DNA of 51,868 nt from Ferruginibacter sp. (GTDB lineage Bacteria; Bacteroidota; Bacteroidia; Chitinophagales; Chitinophagaceae). A model generated the notes under the pieces. That model was given only the letters and a program-made list of their open reading frames with translations. It was not told the origin of the DNA and made no database searches. The stretch lies in NCBI GenBank assembly GCA_046153805.1, contig JBJXGJ010000197.1, positions 1 through 51,868 of the forward strand. Direction: 5' to 3'. Positions 48,796 to 51,868 of this stretch are shown here, one piece after another. A program made the translations under genes and the position numbers. Every line of letters starts with the position of its first letter. The stretch's first letter is position 1.

Positions 48796-49880
48796 ATGCA
48801 GATTCAGATTTTGGTTGAAGATGATGAAAGCGATATTTTTTAGTTACAGGATCTTTGGAGAAACGTAGGATTTCAAACAGGGTTAACGTGGTAAGGGGTG
48901 GAAAAGCTGGTATCAATTTTGTAAAATAATAAGATAAATTTAATCATACTGAATTGCCGGATTTGATTTTGCACGACGGAGGTCTTTCCAAAAAATGGAC
49001 GCGAAGTTCTTGAATATATTAAAGAGAATAAGCATTTAAAACAGATGCCGGTAATGATCTATGCTTTACAAAAGCATTACCTATGCTATAGAAAGAAAGA
49101 AAACTACGGCCTTATTGGAAGAATCAGAAAAAAGCAAAGTAATCTTTTTCATTTAAGCCCCCAACCTATGTGGTTGTACGACCCTGAAACCTTAAAATTT
49201 ATACGGGTAAACAAAGCAGCTGTTGAACACTTTGGCTACAGCCAGGCTGAGTTTCTCCACATGAATATAATGGATATAAGGCCGCCAAGCCAATTTGCAA
49301 AAAACACCGATTTCAATTAAAAAAGCACAAAATAAAAATGATAATGCCATACACTCGAGCAGATTTAAACACTTAGAGAAAACGGCGAAATTATAACTGT
49401 TGAAATTTATAGTTTTGACCTTGTTGCAAACAATAAAATTTGCAGATCCGTCATTGCGGTAGATGTAACGGAAAGAAATGAATATGAACACAGAAATACA
49501 AAATCCATTATTAGAACTCAGGAAGAAGAACATTACGAAATAGGTGGTGAGCTTCATGACAATGTATGGCAAATACTTGCTACCAGCGTGATTACGCTTG
49601 GTATGATTAAGAAACACATAGACCTTTCTGCATTTGAATGGTACGACAATACCAGAAAGTATAATAATATGGCTTCAGATGAAATAAGAAATTTATCGCA
49701 CCGGCTTTTTTTGATGATTCTAATTTTGAAGTTGCTATTGAAGTTCTATTTAATTCGTTTAATGTGGAAGGTAAATATCAGATTGATAGTCAATTTAGTG
49801 GTAACATTGCGCAAGTTGAGCTCAATCTTGATATGCAATTAAATCGTTACCATATTGTGCAGGAACAATTCCTTTGGATG
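48796..49880 (+). pseudogene. Decayed response regulator / PAS / histidine kinase locus
   Basis: Fragments LVEDDESDIFL, LPDLILHD, LKQMPVMI; LFHLSPQPMWLYD...MDIRPP; QEEEHYEIGGELHDNV, separated by stops and frameshifts. Confidence 0.75.
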
Positions 49881-49899
49881 CTGATGTTGCCAATAAAAC

Positions 49900-50769
49900 C
49901 TAAACAGCCACAATTAATTTTAATACTCCGGGGCATATTTTTGCCGAAACATTTTTAATTTTTCCTTGGTATTCTCCATCAATTTGAAAATGCATTTTCC
50001 TTTTCATGTTTATGCTTATTTGGGTTGATGAAATAATTTCTATTTTTTTAGGATTAAAAATGCCAGGTCTAAAAATCATTTTCAATAGTTGCCCAACCTC
50101 TAGTTTTTTTACAATAATTACTTCAAATAAACCATCAAATAAAGATCCTTTGGGATTTATTACCGCTCCAGTGCCATATTTTGTGGCGTTTGCAAGTATC
50201 ACCATAAATGCTTCTCTCTGCACTTCAACATCGTTTGTTTTTAATGCGACCTGCATTTTTTGTTTATGCAATAAAGTCTTAATTACTACAAGGGCATATC
50301 CTAATTTACCTCTCAGCCTGTTTTCATCAAAATGTTTTATAAGGAGCGCATTTAAACCTACATCGCTTAAATGAAGACAATAGTTTTTATCATTTATTTT
50401 TATCAGGTCACAACTTTTTACTTTGTTATTTAGTATTATTTTTAAAGCTTCCGCTGTATTTTCAGGTATACCAAGTTCTTTTGCCATACCATTTGCTGAG
50501 CCTGCGGGCAAAATACCAAGGGCCACATTGCTTCCTGCTACTATATTTGCAAGCATAGTTACGGTTCCGTCGCCACCTACAGCAACTACATTTTGGGGTG
50601 CTGCTTTTTTAATTTGGTCTTTAATTTGAACTACGGTAAAATTCTTTGGTAAATCGTAAATTTGGAATGTCTCTTTTTTGTCAAGGAAAAAGTCATTTAT
50701 TGCCTTTCGCCATGTTGTAGCTTTATTTGTACCCGAGCTGCTGTTTACGATAAATAAAAACTGGAGCAT
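49900..50769 (-). CDS. Diacylglycerol/lipid kinase family protein (YegS/DgkB-like)
   Basis: IVNSSSG, AVGGDGT, LPAGSANGMA, QIDGE; ATG 50769 (or TTG 50778). Confidence 0.9.
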   Translation of the reverse strand: MLQFLFIVNSSSGTNKATTWRKAINDFFLDKKETFQIYDLPKNFTVVQIKDQIKKAAPQNVVAVGGDGTVTMLANIVAGSNVALGILPAGSANGMAKELGIPENTAEALKIILNNKVKSCDLIKINDKNYCLHLSDVGLNALLIKHFDENRLRGKLGYALVVIKTLLHKQKMQVALKTNDVEVQREAFMVILANATKYGTGAVINPKGSLFDGLFEVIIVKKLEVGQLLKMIFRPGIFNPKKIEIISSTQISINMKRKMHFQIDGEYQGKIKNVSAKICPGVLKLIVAV

Positions 50770-50796
50770 TTTCGGCAATTGATTTTATAAAATAAT

Positions 50797-51858
50797 ATGA
50801 CCAATAAGGCAACATATTTACCAGAAAAAAAAACGATTTTACAAAAAATCCAGTTAAAAGTGTTTGCATTATTCAGGTTGCACAATGGAAGTACCATAAA
50901 ATTATACAAAGGGTTTGCAAATGACAAATCCTGTGCTATTTATGGTCACGCTTTTTCGCTTTCGCCGATTAAAAAAAAGCATTTCAGAAAATTTTTTCTT
51001 TATAATGCCATGGCACTTCTTAGGCTTTTTATGGTTAAACCTATTAAGGGTGCTACTGTAACATTGCAATGGAACGATAAAATATATACTGCTCTTACCG
51101 CATCTGACGGTTTTTTTAAGTTTGAATGGGATCACCACGAAACATTAGCGGCGGGCCAGTATGAAGTAGAAGTAATTCTTATAAAAAGGGGTACAACCAA
51201 TATTATTAAGTCAAAAACAACTTCACATATTATTGTACCTTCTGCAACTTCTTTTTCGTTTATTTCAGATATAGATGATACTTTTTTAATTTCTCATTCT
51301 TCTAATCTTAGAAAAAGATTATTTGTACTGCTTACCGAAAATGCACGAAGTAGAAAACCCTTTGAAGGTGTGGTAGAACACTACAGGCTTCTGCACGACT
51401 TAGATGAGGAAAGTCCTGCCAGCAATGCTTTCTTTTACGTATCCAGCAGCGAATGGAATTTATATGACTATATCAAAGATTTTTTACAGGAGCACCGTTT
51501 ACCTGACGGAGTATGTCTTTTAAACCAGGTAAAGACTCTATCAAAACTATTATCAACTGGCCAAAATAATCATGCAGGTAAATTTACCCGTATTGTAAAA
51601 ATAATAGAGGCTTATCCTCACCAAAAATTTGTTTTGTTGGGAGATGATTCGCAAGAGGATATTGATATTTATACTTCTATTGTAGAGCACTTTCCGCACA
51701 ATGTGTATTGCGTGTACATAAGGCGGGTAAGCACACCCGAAAAAGAGAATGTGCTTTTAAAACAAAAACTTATTGAAGAAAACAATGTATTATTTTGTTA
51801 TTTTGCTCATAGTGAAGATGCCATCATTCATTCAAAAAAAATAGGATTAATACGTTAA
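50797..51858 (+). CDS. App1/DUF2183-family phosphatidate phosphatase-like protein
   Basis: ISDIDDT (DxDxT), FYVSSSEWNLY, LLGDDSQED..IY. Confidence 0.88.
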   Translation: MTNKATYLPEKKTILQKIQLKVFALFRLHNGSTIKLYKGFANDKSCAIYGHAFSLSPIKKKHFRKFFLYNAMALLRLFMVKPIKGATVTLQWNDKIYTALTASDGFFKFEWDHHETLAAGQYEVEVILIKRGTTNIIKSKTTSHIIVPSATSFSFISDIDDTFLISHSSNLRKRLFVLLTENARSRKPFEGVVEHYRLLHDLDEESPASNAFFYVSSSEWNLYDYIKDFLQEHRLPDGVCLLNQVKTLSKLLSTGQNNHAGKFTRIVKIIEAYPHQKFVLLGDDSQEDIDIYTSIVEHFPHNVYCVYIRRVSTPEKENVLLKQKLIEENNVLFCYFAHSEDAIIHSKKIGLIR

Positions 51859-51868
51859 CTTTTGGGCT

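Overview
Low-GC chromosomal window, most likely Bacteroidota (Chitinophagaceae-like, inferred from gene content and TAnnTTTG promoter boxes). Host part (1-17984): an MNT-HEPN pair, nuoH-N, a decayed cassette-like region, an ABC permease, exbB-exbD-exbD-tonB-exbD and mnmE. nuoH carries an in-frame TAA at a conserved Tyr. A ~30.3 kb integrative element sits in the 3' end of mnmE, bounded by a perfect 18-bp direct repeat TTCTGTATTGGAAAGTAA (17967-17984 and 48250-48267) with TGTTGCC arm-type repeats at both ends. It encodes an excisionase, a tyrosine integrase, a primase-like replication protein, a Zn/Cd/Co efflux module and a copper module. Between the two metal modules lies an apparent operon of XRE-HTH ('mobile mystery protein A'), Fic protein ('mobile mystery protein B') and a catalytically inactive long prokaryotic Argonaute, preceded by four 18-bp operator-like boxes at an exact 33-bp period; this is the best candidate for an undescribed system. 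The right end of the element is hairpin-rich, and no relaxase, T4SS or capsid gene is recognisable. Host DNA resumes with a decayed response-regulator/PAS/kinase locus and a divergent DAGK-family / App1-family pair. All family calls come from motif recognition by eye; no database search was run.
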